DNA of 64,000 nucleotides. Source: an uncultured Spirochaetota bacterium (GTDB lineage: Bacteria; Spirochaetota; Spirochaetia; SZUA-6; CAVTHK01). This document shows, piece after piece, positions 48,879 through 58,973 of the stretch (positions are counted from its first letter, which is position 1; every line of letters begins with the position of its first letter). The stretch spans positions 608,001 through 672,000 of the forward strand of contig CAVTHK010000011.1 of NCBI GenBank assembly GCA_963734495.1, written 5' to 3'. A program made the translations under genes and the position numbers. The notes below the pieces were generated by a model that was given only the letters and a program-made list of their open reading frames with translations, searched no databases and was not told where the DNA came from.

Positions 48879-50216
48879 ATGAACCGCTTCGAGGAGATCC
48901 TCGCGCTCGCCGAGGAGATACCGTTCGTCGACACCCACGAGCACCTGCTCGAGGAGAGGACGCGTCTGGCCGGCCCCGAGGGCGCGGCGCAGCCCGCGCG
49001 GGCGCTCAAGGACTTTGCCGTCCTCTTCAGCCACTACGCCGACAGCGACCTGCTCAGCGCGGGCATGCCCCAGGCGGACTACGCCCGCTTCTTCTCCCCC
49101 GGCGTCGACCCCCGCGACAAGTGGCGGCTGGTCGCCCCGTGGTACGAGCGCACGCGGCTGACCGGCTACATGCGGAACATCCGCGAGTCGCTGCGCATCC
49201 TCTACGGCGAGGACGACCTCGAAGAGAGCAACGTGGAGCGCGTGTCCGCCGCGGTCGCCGCGCTGATCCGTCCCGGCTACTACAGGCGCGTCCTGCTGGA
49301 AGCCGCGAAGGTCTCCTACTGCCAGGTCAACAGCCTCGAGGACCCGCTCTTCATGGAGACCGCCCACCCGGACCTGCTCGCCCAGGACCTGAGCCTGGTG
49401 AGCCTCTCGACCGACCTCGCCTCGCTCGAGGCCGCGCGGCGCGCCGGGGGCCCGGGGGGCCAGGCGCGATCGCTCGCCGACTGGCACGCCGTCATCGACT
49501 GGGCGTTCGCCACCTACGGCCCCCGCGCGATCGCGGTCAAGAGCCAGGCCGCGTACCACCGCCGCCTCGACTACGACGACGTGAGCTCCGACGATGCGGC
49601 GCCCCTGTTCGCGCGCTTCGCCGTCGACCGGGCCTCCCTTGCCGCCGATGAGCTCAAGGCCCTCCAGGACCATCTCTTCAATTACTGCCTCCGCAAGGCG
49701 GGCGAACATCGCCTGCCGATCAAGCTGCACACCGGCACTTACGCGGGCACGGCCAGGATGCCGCTGCACAGGGTGCGGGCGAACGCCGGCGACGTTTCCG
49801 AGCTGCTCCTCCGCTACCCGGACCTCCGTTTCGTCGTCATGCACATCACGTGGCCCTACCAGGACGAGGCGATCGCGCTCGCCAAGCACTTTCCGAACGC
49901 CTGGGTCGACATGTGCTGGGCGTGGATCATCGACCCCGCCGCGGCGACGCGTTTTCTCGAGGAGTTCCTCATGGCCGCCCCTGCCTCCAAGCTGCTCACC
50001 TTTGGCGGCGACTACATGCCGGTCGAGCTGGTGCCGGGGCACGCGCGCGTGGCGCGGATGGGGCTCGCCCGCGCGCTCGCGCGTCTCGAGGAGCAGGGCT
50101 GGCTCGCCGAGCGCGAGACCCCGGCCCTGCTCGCGCGCCTGATGAACGGCAACGCGGCCGAGCTCTTCGACCGCGAGCGGACCCTCGCGCCGCCGCGCGG
50201 CCGCTCCGCGCGATGA
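48879..50216 (+). CDS. Amidohydrolase superfamily protein (amidohydro_2 / uronate-isomerase-like)
   Basis: DTHEH, KLHTG, VVMH..WPY, DMCW, FGGD. Confidence 0.8.
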   Translation: MNRFEEILALAEEIPFVDTHEHLLEERTRLAGPEGAAQPARALKDFAVLFSHYADSDLLSAGMPQADYARFFSPGVDPRDKWRLVAPWYERTRLTGYMRNIRESLRILYGEDDLEESNVERVSAAVAALIRPGYYRRVLLEAAKVSYCQVNSLEDPLFMETAHPDLLAQDLSLVSLSTDLASLEAARRAGGPGGQARSLADWHAVIDWAFATYGPRAIAVKSQAAYHRRLDYDDVSSDDAAPLFARFAVDRASLAADELKALQDHLFNYCLRKAGEHRLPIKLHTGTYAGTARMPLHRVRANAGDVSELLLRYPDLRFVVMHITWPYQDEAIALAKHFPNAWVDMCWAWIIDPAAATRFLEEFLMAAPASKLLTFGGDYMPVELVPGHARVARMGLARALARLEEQGWLAERETPALLARLMNGNAAELFDRERTLAPPRGRSAR

Positions 50217-51460
50217 GCCGCGGCGGGGTTGCGCCGAGCCACGCCCGGGTGGTCGTGGGGCTCTGCTTTCTCTCCGTAGCGGTCAGCACGGGCGTCACGC
50301 AGTCGATCATCATCCTCTTTCCCGCGATCCTGGACGAGTTCGGCTGGAGCCGCGCAGTGCTCTCCGTCGCCCCGGCTCTCGCAGGCGCCATGGGCTCGCT
50401 CGGCGCCCTCCTCGTGGGGCTGCTTGCGGACCGCGTGGACCTCAGGTTCCTCATGCCCGCGGGCGCGCTCGTGGCGGCCGCAGGGCTCGTGCTCTGCAGC
50501 CGGATCGCGCAGCTCTGGCAGCTCTACGCGTTTTACGGCGTAGTCGCGGCCCTCGGCTGCAGTTTTCTCGGAACGCTTCCGAACAACCTGATCCTGGCGC
50601 GCTGGTTCGAGCGGGGCCGCGGCACCGCCATCGGCATCATGAGCAGCGGCTTCGGCGGGGGAGTGTTCGTCTTCATGCCCCTGCTGGCCAGGGTGATCCG
50701 CGGCGGCCGCTGGCGCGAGGGCTACGTCGTGCTGGCCGCCGCGCTTCTCGCCCTCGCGCCGCTGCTCCTGCTTCTGCAGAGGTCGCGCCCCCCCACGGCG
50801 CGGCCGCGCTCGGACGCGCCCCTGCCGGGGCCGGCGGCGACCGGTGCGCCGCGCCGCCTCGCGGCCGTCGTCCGCAGGCCGCGCTTCTGGTTCACATACG
50901 CTCAGTACATCCTGGGGCCGCTGTCCACGACGCCGCTCATCATCCACCAGGCCGCGCTCATGCGCGACCGCGGCATGGGCGAGATGCAGGCCGCGTGGAC
51001 CGTAGCCCTCTTCGGGCTTTCGGCTCTGATCGGGATGATCGCGGCGGGCGCGCTTTCGGACCGTGCGGGCCGCGAGCGGGCCTACACCCTCGGCACGGTC
51101 GGCATCATCGCGGGGTGCGCAGCGCTCCTCGCGCTGCCGGGGCGCGCGGCGGGCGCCGGCGGCGTCGACGCGCACGCGATCGCGTACGCGGTCCTGTTCG
51201 GGTTCGGCTTCGGCACCCGGCCGTCCATGGACGCGGCGACGGTTACGGACATCTTCCGCGGCCCCGGCTTCGGCCTCGTCTACGGCGTGCTGAGCACCGC
51301 GCTGGGGATAGGGCAGCTCGCTTCGCCCGTTCTCGCGGGGGCGATCCACGATGCCACCGGAAGCTACGACGCGGCGATCCTGTTCTGCATCGCCGCCGCG
51401 CTCGTGGCCACCGCTTCGATCTGGCTCGCGGCGCCGCGGCGCGGGCTCGAACCCGCGTGA
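50213..51460 (+). CDS. MFS transporter
   Basis: EFGWSR, GLLADR, RWF.R.RG.A.G, GALSDRAGR, D.TGSY. Confidence 0.88.
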   Translation: MSRGGVAPSHARVVVGLCFLSVAVSTGVTQSIIILFPAILDEFGWSRAVLSVAPALAGAMGSLGALLVGLLADRVDLRFLMPAGALVAAAGLVLCSRIAQLWQLYAFYGVVAALGCSFLGTLPNNLILARWFERGRGTAIGIMSSGFGGGVFVFMPLLARVIRGGRWREGYVVLAAALLALAPLLLLLQRSRPPTARPRSDAPLPGPAATGAPRRLAAVVRRPRFWFTYAQYILGPLSTTPLIIHQAALMRDRGMGEMQAAWTVALFGLSALIGMIAAGALSDRAGRERAYTLGTVGIIAGCAALLALPGRAAGAGGVDAHAIAYAVLFGFGFGTRPSMDAATVTDIFRGPGFGLVYGVLSTALGIGQLASPVLAGAIHDATGSYDAAILFCIAAALVATASIWLAAPRRGLEPA

Positions 51461-51482
51461 CGCCGGGCCAAAGGGGGACGTC

Positions 51483-53822
51483 ATGAAGTTCACCGACGGG
51501 TTCTGGCTGATGCGCAAGGGCGTCGTGCCGCACTACGCCACCGACGTCGCCGACACGGCCGACGACGGCCGCTCGCTCACCGTGTGGGCCGCCACCCGGC
51601 CGCTCGCGGGCAGGACCGCGACGCTGGGCGGGCCGCTGCTGACGGTGCGGCTCTCCTCGCCGATGCGCGACGTGATCAGCGTCCGCATGAGCCACTGGGA
51701 GGGGACGCCCGAGCCGCGCCCGACGTTCGAGCTCTCCGCTCCCGACGCCGGGCCCGGCGCGACGGTGACTCACGCCGCCGCCGCCGCCGTGCTGCGCAGC
51801 GGCAGGCTCGAGGCCCGCGTCGCGACCTCAGGCGCCTGGAGGCTGGACTTCGCAGGCGACGGCCGCGTCCTCACCGGCAGCGGCCAGCGCAACCTGGCCT
51901 GGATCGAGACGCCGGGCGGGGGCCCGTATTGCGTCGAGGAGCTTGCTCTCGGAGTCGGCGAGGCGATCTACGGGCTCGGCGAGCGATTCACGCCCTTCGT
52001 GAAGAACGGCCAGGTCGTCGACATCTGGAACGAGGACGGCGGCACCGCTTCGGAGCAGGCGTACAAGAACGTCCCGTTCTACCTGAGCAGTCGCGGCTAC
52101 GGCGTCTTCGTGCGCAACGCGGGCCGCGTCTCCTTCGAGGTCGGCAGCGAAAAGGTCAGCCGTGTCGGCTTCAGCGTCCCCGGCGAGTCGCTCGAATACC
52201 TGGTGATCTACGGGCCGACGCCCAAGGAGGTCCTCGAGAAGTACACCGCCCTCACCGGCCGCCCCTCGCTGCCCCCCGCGTGGTCCTTCGGCCTCTGGCT
52301 GACCACCTCGTTCACGACGGATTACGACGAAGCCACGGTCACCCGCTTCGTCGACGGGATGGCCGAGCGCGGGATCCCCTTGAGCGTCTTCCACTTCGAT
52401 TGTTTCTGGATGAAGGAGCTCCAGTGGTGCGACTTCGAGTGGGACCGCCGCGTCTTCCCGGACCCGGCGGCGATGCTCGCGCGTCTCAAGGCGAAAGGGC
52501 TGCGCATCTGCGTGTGGATCAACCCCTACATCGCGCAGAAGTCGCCGCTGTTCGCCGAGGCCGCGCGCAGCGGCTGGCTCCTCCGCCGTCCCGACGGCAG
52601 CGTCTGGCAGTGGGACATGTGGCAGCCGGGCATGGGCATCGTGGACTTCACGAGCACAGGCGCACGCGAGTGGTTCGCGAACCGCCTGCGCGCGCTGCTC
52701 GACACGGGCGTCGACTGCTTCAAGACCGACTTCGGCGAGCGCATCCCTGCCGACGTCGTCTACGCCGACGGCTCCGACCCGATCGCCATGCACAACTACT
52801 ACAGCTACCTCTACAACCGCACGGTGTACGAGGCGCTCGCCGCCAAACGGGGCGCAGGCGATGCCGTCGTGTTCGCGCGCTCGGCGACGGCGGGGTCTCA
52901 AGCGTTCCCCGTGCACTGGGGCGGCGACTCGACGGCGACCTGGGAGTCGATGGCCGAGTCGCTCCGCGGCGGCCTCTCGCTGGGGCTCTCGGGCTTCGGC
53001 TTCTGGAGCCACGACATCGGCGGCTTCGAGAGCAACGCGTCCCCGGACCTGTACAACCGCTGGGTCGCTTTCGGCCTCCTGTCCTCGCACAGCCGCCTCC
53101 ACGGCTCGAGCTCCTACCGCGTGCCCTGGCTCTACGGCGAGCCCTCCGTCGCGGTGCTGAGAGCCTTCACCCGTCTCAAGTGCCGGCTCATGCCCTACCT
53201 CTACGCGCAGGCGCGCCGGGCCGTGACGCACGGCACGCCGCTCGCGCGAGCGATGATGCTGGAGTTCCCCGATGACCGCGCGTGCGAGGCGCTCGACCGC
53301 CAGTACATGCTGGGCGACGCGCTCCTCGTCGCGCCGGTGTTCAGCGAGACGGGCAACGTCGAGTACTACCTGCCCGACGGGCGCTGGACGAGCTTTCTGA
53401 GCGGAGTCGAAATTGAAGGCGGCCGCTGGCTGCGCGAGACCCACGGTCCGCTCAGCCTGCCGCTGATGGCCCGGCCCGGCTCGCTGATCCCGGTCGGCGC
53501 GGTCGACGACCGGCCCGACTACGACTTCGCCGACGGCGTGACCTTCCACCTGTTCGCGCTCGCCGATGGGGCGGAGGCTTCGGCTGAGGTCGCCGATCGC
53601 GAGGGCGGCGTGGCGTGCGTCGCCGCCGCGAAGCGCAGCGGCCGGGAGGTCGTGCTGCGATGCGACGGGGCGCGGCGGCCCTGGCGCGCGCTCCTCCGCG
53701 GCATCGCCGATGTGGCCGCGGTCTCCGGCGGCAGGGCGGAGCGCGACGCGTCGGGCGCCGTCATCGTCCCGGACCGGCCGGACGCGACGATCGTGGCAAC
53801 GCTCGCGCCGCCTGATGCGTAG
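51483..53822 (+). CDS. yicI: Alpha-xylosidase (GH31)
   Basis: MKFTDGFW, YGLGERFT, HFDCFWMK, FKTDFGERIP, HWGGD, WSHDIGGF. Confidence 0.95.
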   Translation: MKFTDGFWLMRKGVVPHYATDVADTADDGRSLTVWAATRPLAGRTATLGGPLLTVRLSSPMRDVISVRMSHWEGTPEPRPTFELSAPDAGPGATVTHAAAAAVLRSGRLEARVATSGAWRLDFAGDGRVLTGSGQRNLAWIETPGGGPYCVEELALGVGEAIYGLGERFTPFVKNGQVVDIWNEDGGTASEQAYKNVPFYLSSRGYGVFVRNAGRVSFEVGSEKVSRVGFSVPGESLEYLVIYGPTPKEVLEKYTALTGRPSLPPAWSFGLWLTTSFTTDYDEATVTRFVDGMAERGIPLSVFHFDCFWMKELQWCDFEWDRRVFPDPAAMLARLKAKGLRICVWINPYIAQKSPLFAEAARSGWLLRRPDGSVWQWDMWQPGMGIVDFTSTGAREWFANRLRALLDTGVDCFKTDFGERIPADVVYADGSDPIAMHNYYSYLYNRTVYEALAAKRGAGDAVVFARSATAGSQAFPVHWGGDSTATWESMAESLRGGLSLGLSGFGFWSHDIGGFESNASPDLYNRWVAFGLLSSHSRLHGSSSYRVPWLYGEPSVAVLRAFTRLKCRLMPYLYAQARRAVTHGTPLARAMMLEFPDDRACEALDRQYMLGDALLVAPVFSETGNVEYYLPDGRWTSFLSGVEIEGGRWLRETHGPLSLPLMARPGSLIPVGAVDDRPDYDFADGVTFHLFALADGAEASAEVADREGGVACVAAAKRSGREVVLRCDGARRPWRALLRGIADVAAVSGGRAERDASGAVIVPDRPDATIVATLAPPDA

Positions 53823-53828
53823 GCGCGG

Positions 53829-54062
53829 CTACTTCTGCTTTTCCGGGTGCTTTTCCTGGTGCGGGCCGTAGATCCTGTACTCGACCTTGTCTGTTTCGGA
53901 CTTCGCCTCGTAGAGGACGGTGAGGACGAGGACGAAGCTGTGCTCCCGTTCGACCTGGAAGATGGACTGCTTGACCTCCACGATCTTCGGACGGTAGACC
54001 TCGATCCAGCTGTTCATGTCGTTTTCGACGCTCTGGCAGTCCCCCTGGAAGATCTTGACCAT
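53829..54062 (-). CDS. Small hypothetical protein (beta-alpha-beta-beta, Cse60-like pattern)
   Basis: 77 aa; SD GAGG; host-like codon use; VKIF..VE..MN.W..IVEVKQS..VLYE. Confidence 0.65.
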   Translation of the reverse strand: MVKIFQGDCQSVENDMNSWIEVYRPKIVEVKQSIFQVEREHSFVLVLTVLYEAKSETDKVEYRIYGPHQEKHPEKQK

Positions 54063-54152
54063 GGCACGCCTCTCTACGGCTGATCTGCGGCTAATCTCGC
54101 GCATGCGCGGGGAGCCGTCAAGGCCGTCCCATCCGCGCCGCGCACCCTTCGT

Positions 54153-54181
54153 TTGACAGCGTTCCCTTCGTGCCCTAGACT
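54153..54181 (+). promoter_or_regulatory. Sigma70 promoter
   Basis: TTGACA-N17-TAGACT. Confidence 0.6.
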
Positions 54182-54214
54182 GCGTTCCTATCGCTTTCCC
54201 GCCGGGGGCATGAT

Positions 54215-55336
54215 GTGAAGATCACGCGCGTCGAAGTGGTGCGGAGCAAGCCGCGGGCGCTGCCGATCGAGTATCTTCCTGCCTGGTTCTCGCCTGACGG
54301 CCGGCCGACCAGGAGCTACCAGTTCTCGCTCTACCGCATACACACCGACGAAGGCATCGTGGGGCTGGGGCCTCACGGGGGCGAGCCCGACGGCTGGGTG
54401 ATGAATGCCCTGGTCGGGTTCGATCCGTTCGCTGTCGAGCGGTTCTTTTCCCGGGCGATGTCCGGCAAGGAGATGACGCTTCACCGCGGCTCCTATGGCG
54501 GCCTGGAGGTGGCGCTCTGGGACATCATCGGAAAGGCGGCGCGCCTGCCCGTATACCGGCTCCTCGGCGCCTACACCGACAAGGTCATGGCTTACGCCGC
54601 CACCAGCCGCCTGCTCAGCCCGGAAGAGCACGTGGACCAGGTGCTCCAGATCAGGGAAGCCGGCTTCCGGGCGGTCAAGCTGCGGCTCCACCGGCAGGAC
54701 CCGGCGGACGATCTGAAAGTCGTCGAGGCCGTGCGGCGCGCGGTCGGCGACGGGTACCGCATCGTCGTGGACGCCAATCAGAACCATAAGTCCATGGCGT
54801 ACAACCACTGGAGCCACAAGACGGCCCTGTGGATGGCGAGGGAGCTGCAGAGGCTGGGCGTGTATTTCCTCGAGGAGCCGCTGCCCCGCAAGGACGTGGC
54901 CGGGCTGGCCGAGCTCGCCGGGTCCGTCGAGATCCCGATTGCGGGGGGCGAGCACGCGAACGACATCTACGAGTTCCGCGAGCACCTCGCGACCGGCGCG
55001 TACGATATCCTGCAGCCGGATGTCATCCTGGGCGACATGGGCATCTCCGGCACCAGAAAGCTCGCGATCCTCGCGGAGTACTTCGGCAAGGAGATCGTGC
55101 CGCATGTCTGCGGCCTCGGGAGCTTCCCTCTGAACATGCCGGCGATGCTGCACGCCGTCTGCACGGTGAGCAACTGCGCCATGATAGAATACCCGTACGA
55201 CCCTCCCGTGCTCACGGTCGAGACGCAGCAGGCGATCCTGAAAGAGCCGCTTCTGATAGACCGCGAGGGGATGATCGGCCCCCCGGACCGGCCCGGGATC
55301 GGAGTCGAGGTGGACGAGCGCCTGCTGGCCGGCTGA
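54215..55336 (+). CDS. Mandelate racemase / muconate lactonising enzyme family (probable acid-sugar dehydratase)
   Basis: ALWDIIGK, KLR, VDAN, LEEP, GGE, ILQPD, VPH, PGIG. Confidence 0.9.
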   Translation: MKITRVEVVRSKPRALPIEYLPAWFSPDGRPTRSYQFSLYRIHTDEGIVGLGPHGGEPDGWVMNALVGFDPFAVERFFSRAMSGKEMTLHRGSYGGLEVALWDIIGKAARLPVYRLLGAYTDKVMAYAATSRLLSPEEHVDQVLQIREAGFRAVKLRLHRQDPADDLKVVEAVRRAVGDGYRIVVDANQNHKSMAYNHWSHKTALWMARELQRLGVYFLEEPLPRKDVAGLAELAGSVEIPIAGGEHANDIYEFREHLATGAYDILQPDVILGDMGISGTRKLAILAEYFGKEIVPHVCGLGSFPLNMPAMLHAVCTVSNCAMIEYPYDPPVLTVETQQAILKEPLLIDREGMIGPPDRPGIGVEVDERLLAG

Positions 55337-55430
55337 CCTGCGGCGGCCGGGGACGGCGAACGGGAGATGGCGCTGACCGTCGGAGGTTTCGTCCCGAGCC
55401 TCGATCAGCTCGTCCGATGCGGGTGACGCT

Positions 55431-56684
55431 ATGCAGGACATGTCGGACCGCACGTTCCGCCTCCTCGCAGCCGCGCTTTCGCTCGTGATGCAGATAGGCG
55501 CGCGGTTCCAGCTTCTCCTCATCGCGCCCACCGGCCGCATCCCGCCGCAGTGGGGCCCGCAGCTCACCTTTCTTCTGGCCGTCGCCGCCGTGCTGACCGT
55601 GATCCTTCCCTGGCTCCGGCTGAGGGCACTGGTCTACGTGTTTCTCGCCGCGCGGTTCGCCCTCGTGTACCTGGTCGGGGTGCCGCTCGGGGGGTACCTC
55701 GGCGCGGAGACGACGCTCCTGGCCGCGCTCGTGGTCGAGGCGTTCGCTCACGGCACCCTTCGCTGGAGCGCGCTGGCTGCGCCGCTCGGGGTTGCGGTGT
55801 TCGTGGTCTCGCAGCGTTCGGTCAACGCCTGGGGACAGGTGCTGCCCGCCGCGGAGGCCCACGACATCCTCTCGCTGTGCCTTTACATGCTCGTCGTCAT
55901 CATAGCGATGGGGCTGCTGCGGGCGTACCGGGACAAGCACGTGGCGGAGCACGGGCTGTACGACCGGCTCAACGAGACATCGCTGCGTCTGGCCGATGCG
56001 AACACGAGGCTCCAGGAGTACGCGGCGCTCAAGGAGGAGGAGGCCACGCGATCCGAGCGCAAGCGGGTCGCGCAGGAGATCCACGACACGCTGGCGTATA
56101 CGCTCACCAACCTCATCATGATGATGGAGGCAGGCTTGAGCCTCACCGGCCCGGAGGACGATGAGCTGCGGGAGGTCCTGTCGGAGGCGCGCACGCAGGC
56201 CAAGGACGGTCTCGGCGAGGTTCGCAAGGCGGTGCAGACGCTCCAGCCCACCGCGGTGCGACGGCCGGCGGGCCTCCGGGCGGTGTACAACCTGGTCCAG
56301 TCGATCAGGAAGGCCACGGGCATCCGCGTGGACCTGCACATGGGCGACGTGCCCTGGAGCTTCGGCGAGGAGGCGGATTCCGTCGTGTTCCGTTTCGTCC
56401 AGGAGAGCATCACCAATGCGATGCGGCACGGCAAGGCCAGCGAGGTGTCGGTGTTCCTGTCCCGGTCCAACTCCGGGGTGCAGGTCACCGTGCGGGACGA
56501 TGGGTCGGGCTCCGACCACGTCGAGCCGGGTTTCGGGCTCAAGGGAATGCAGGACCGCCTCGCCGGGCTGGGCGGAACCGTGAGCTTCTACAGCCAGTTG
56601 AACCGCGGCTTTCGTGTGGAGGCCTGGATACCTCTCCCAAAGGAGCAAGGCAGTGAAGAGAATCAAAGTGCTCCTGGTGGATGA
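55431..56684 (+). CDS. Membrane sensor histidine kinase (HisKA_3)
   Basis: About 5-6 TM helices; ERKRVAQEIHD, QESITNAMRHG, DDG.G, GFGL.GM. Confidence 0.92.
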   Translation: MQDMSDRTFRLLAAALSLVMQIGARFQLLLIAPTGRIPPQWGPQLTFLLAVAAVLTVILPWLRLRALVYVFLAARFALVYLVGVPLGGYLGAETTLLAALVVEAFAHGTLRWSALAAPLGVAVFVVSQRSVNAWGQVLPAAEAHDILSLCLYMLVVIIAMGLLRAYRDKHVAEHGLYDRLNETSLRLADANTRLQEYAALKEEEATRSERKRVAQEIHDTLAYTLTNLIMMMEAGLSLTGPEDDELREVLSEARTQAKDGLGEVRKAVQTLQPTAVRRPAGLRAVYNLVQSIRKATGIRVDLHMGDVPWSFGEEADSVVFRFVQESITNAMRHGKASEVSVFLSRSNSGVQVTVRDDGSGSDHVEPGFGLKGMQDRLAGLGGTVSFYSQLNRGFRVEAWIPLPKEQGSEENQSAPGG

Positions 56685-57345
56685 CCAGGTCCTGTTCGTA
56701 AAGAGCCTGAACATCGTGCTCAAGACTCAATCGGACCGGATCGACGTGGTAGGGATCGCCTACGACGGCAGGGAGGCGCTTCAGATCATCGAGCACCGCA
56801 AACCGGACGTCGTCTTTCTCGATATCAGGATGCCGGAGATGAACGGTGTGGAGTGCACCCGTGCGATCAAGGCGCGATGGCCGGAGATTCACGTCGTGAT
56901 CCTCACCACGTTCAACGATGACCAGTACGTGAGCGACGCCCTCCGATTCGGCGCCTCCGGCTACCTCCTCAAGGACGTGCCGCCCGAAGAGCTGATCGCC
57001 ACCGCGATCGCGGTAAGCAACGGAAGCGTCATGATGTCGCCCCAGGTTGCGGTCAAGATCGGCGACCGCATGCACGGTCACTCGCCGGCGGCGCGTCCTC
57101 ACGCGATCCCGGCCAGCGCCTTCGAGGATCTGAGCGGCAGGGAAAAGGAGATCCTCGAGATGATGTGCTCGGGCTACGGCAACCGGGAGATCGCCGGTCT
57201 GCTGTCCATAGCCGAACAGACCGTCAAGAACAGCGTCTCCACCATCTATGCCAAGCTGGGGGTCAAGAACCGCTTCCAGGCGGTCAGGCTCGCAAACGAA
57301 GAGGGTTTCAGACCCCGCTTCCGCCAGGAAAGATCCGCGACCTGA
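56653..57345 (+). CDS. NarL/LuxR family response regulator
   Basis: LLVDD, LDIRMP, LTTF, GYLLK, LSGREKEIL HTH. Confidence 0.94.
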   Translation: MKRIKVLLVDDQVLFVKSLNIVLKTQSDRIDVVGIAYDGREALQIIEHRKPDVVFLDIRMPEMNGVECTRAIKARWPEIHVVILTTFNDDQYVSDALRFGASGYLLKDVPPEELIATAIAVSNGSVMMSPQVAVKIGDRMHGHSPAARPHAIPASAFEDLSGREKEILEMMCSGYGNREIAGLLSIAEQTVKNSVSTIYAKLGVKNRFQAVRLANEEGFRPRFRQERSAT

Positions 57346-57384
57346 CGCCCCCCGGGAGGCGCGAGCCGGCCGCGGCGTGGGCCT

Positions 57385-57451
57385 CAGTACAATTGTACCG
57401 CCTCAAACTGAGTACTTCGGTCAGTTGCGGACTCTGCCGTACCAGTTGCAC
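57385..57451. promoter_or_regulatory. Repeated GTAC half-sites, candidate NarL-family operator
   Basis: GTACAATTGTAC palindrome at 57387-57398; further GTAC at 57412 and 57439. Confidence 0.45.
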
Positions 57452-57570
57452 CCTTGAGCGATCGGGATTCATCCGCACACCGGCAGCGTGAGAAGTCGCG
57501 CCGGCAGGAAGGAGGTGGCTTGAAAGAGGAGCGTCACGATCAGTCGTCACATATATCACCACGAGGAGGT

Positions 57571-58893
57571 ATGGGAAAGATGAGGAGAAGCACGATCGCG
57601 TCAGTGATGTGCGTCCTGGTCCTCGCTCTGCTGTGCGTCGGGTCCATCTGGGCCTCGGGCACGACCGACGGGGGCTCCGAAGCCGGCAAGAAGATCACTT
57701 TGCGCGGCACGAAGTGGCAGTCCTTTGTCGAAGAGAAGACGATGATGGAGGACTGGTCCACGCGCTACACGAAGGCCCACCCGAACGTGACCATTCAGTT
57801 CGAGATGGTCACGACCGGCTACGGCGAGAAGCTGACCGCCGGCTTCGCGGGGGGGACCGCGCCGGACTACTACTACGTCAACTTCAAGGACCTGCCGGCG
57901 CAGGTGGTCCAGGGAATGCCGAGGCCGCTTGACCCATGGATCGACGGCAAGAACGGCGTCAAGCGTGCCGACGTTTTCGACGAGATCTGGAAGGCAGGCT
58001 CGTACAAAGGCAAGACGTACTCTTACAGCCGGAACAACGGGGTCCAGATCCTTTACTACAACAAGAAGATGTTCCAGGCGGCGGGCGTTCCGTTCCCGAC
58101 CGACAACTGGACCTGGGACGACCTGTCGGCGGCCGCCAAGAAGCTGATCAAGAAGGACGCCTCGGGCAGGATCGAGCAGTACGGGTTCCAGTGCGACGAG
58201 TACGCGCGCGTCTGGGTCACGCACCTCTGGAGCAACAACGGGAAGGACTTCGACGACTCGTACGCCCCGAAGAAGGCGCTCTTCAACGGGCCCGAGGGCG
58301 TGGCAGCCGCGAAGTACCTGATGGACCTCGTGCAGTCCTACGGCGTGGCGCCGCCTCCGGGAGTCCCCGGGGCTCTGGGATACCGCGAAGCGTTCAGCAC
58401 CCAGAAGGTCGCGATGATCCTCGACGGGAGCTGGATGATCAAGTCGTTCGCGAAGGTTCAGAACCTGGACTATGGGACAGTGCTCGTCCCCAAGGGCAAG
58501 ATCCGCACGGGCTGGTACGACGTCAACGGGTTCTGCAGCGCATCCACCAACAAGTTCCCCGACACGACCTGGGACGTGATCAAGTTCATGACCAGCCTGG
58601 ACATCTCGCTGGAGTACGCCGACTACGGCGGGAACAACCTGGGCGGCATGCCGAGCTGGAAGACGGCCTACGCGGACCCGCGGTGGAAGCCCACCGCCGT
58701 GTCGGCGCCGATCGCGGAGCAGATGAAGTTCGCCAGGGCCGAGTATGCCTGGTACAACTCGGGCAAGTGGTTCTGGGACATGCTGAACACCAGCCTGCAG
58801 GCCATGGTCACCAAGAAGCTGGATCCGCAGAAGGTGATGGACCAGCTCGTTGCTGACACGCAGAAAGAAATCCTGGACAAGACGCCGCAATAG
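57571..58893 (+). CDS. Family-1 sugar ABC substrate-binding protein
   Basis: SD AGGAGG; GTAPD, LYYNKKMF..AGV..P...WTWDD. Confidence 0.92.
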   Translation: MGKMRRSTIASVMCVLVLALLCVGSIWASGTTDGGSEAGKKITLRGTKWQSFVEEKTMMEDWSTRYTKAHPNVTIQFEMVTTGYGEKLTAGFAGGTAPDYYYVNFKDLPAQVVQGMPRPLDPWIDGKNGVKRADVFDEIWKAGSYKGKTYSYSRNNGVQILYYNKKMFQAAGVPFPTDNWTWDDLSAAAKKLIKKDASGRIEQYGFQCDEYARVWVTHLWSNNGKDFDDSYAPKKALFNGPEGVAAAKYLMDLVQSYGVAPPPGVPGALGYREAFSTQKVAMILDGSWMIKSFAKVQNLDYGTVLVPKGKIRTGWYDVNGFCSASTNKFPDTTWDVIKFMTSLDISLEYADYGGNNLGGMPSWKTAYADPRWKPTAVSAPIAEQMKFARAEYAWYNSGKWFWDMLNTSLQAMVTKKLDPQKVMDQLVADTQKEILDKTPQ

Positions 58894-58910
58894 AGAGCGA
58901 CGCCGGAGCT

Positions 58911-58940
58911 GAGGCTGCGGTCCCCTGCGACCGCAGCCTC
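58911..58940 (+). terminator. Post-SBP perfect 12-bp stem-loop
   Basis: GAGGCTGCGGTC-CCCTGC-GACCGCAGCCTC. Confidence 0.6.
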
Positions 58941-58973
58941 TTCTGCCGGCAGGCGGGAAGAGGAGGGCGAGTC

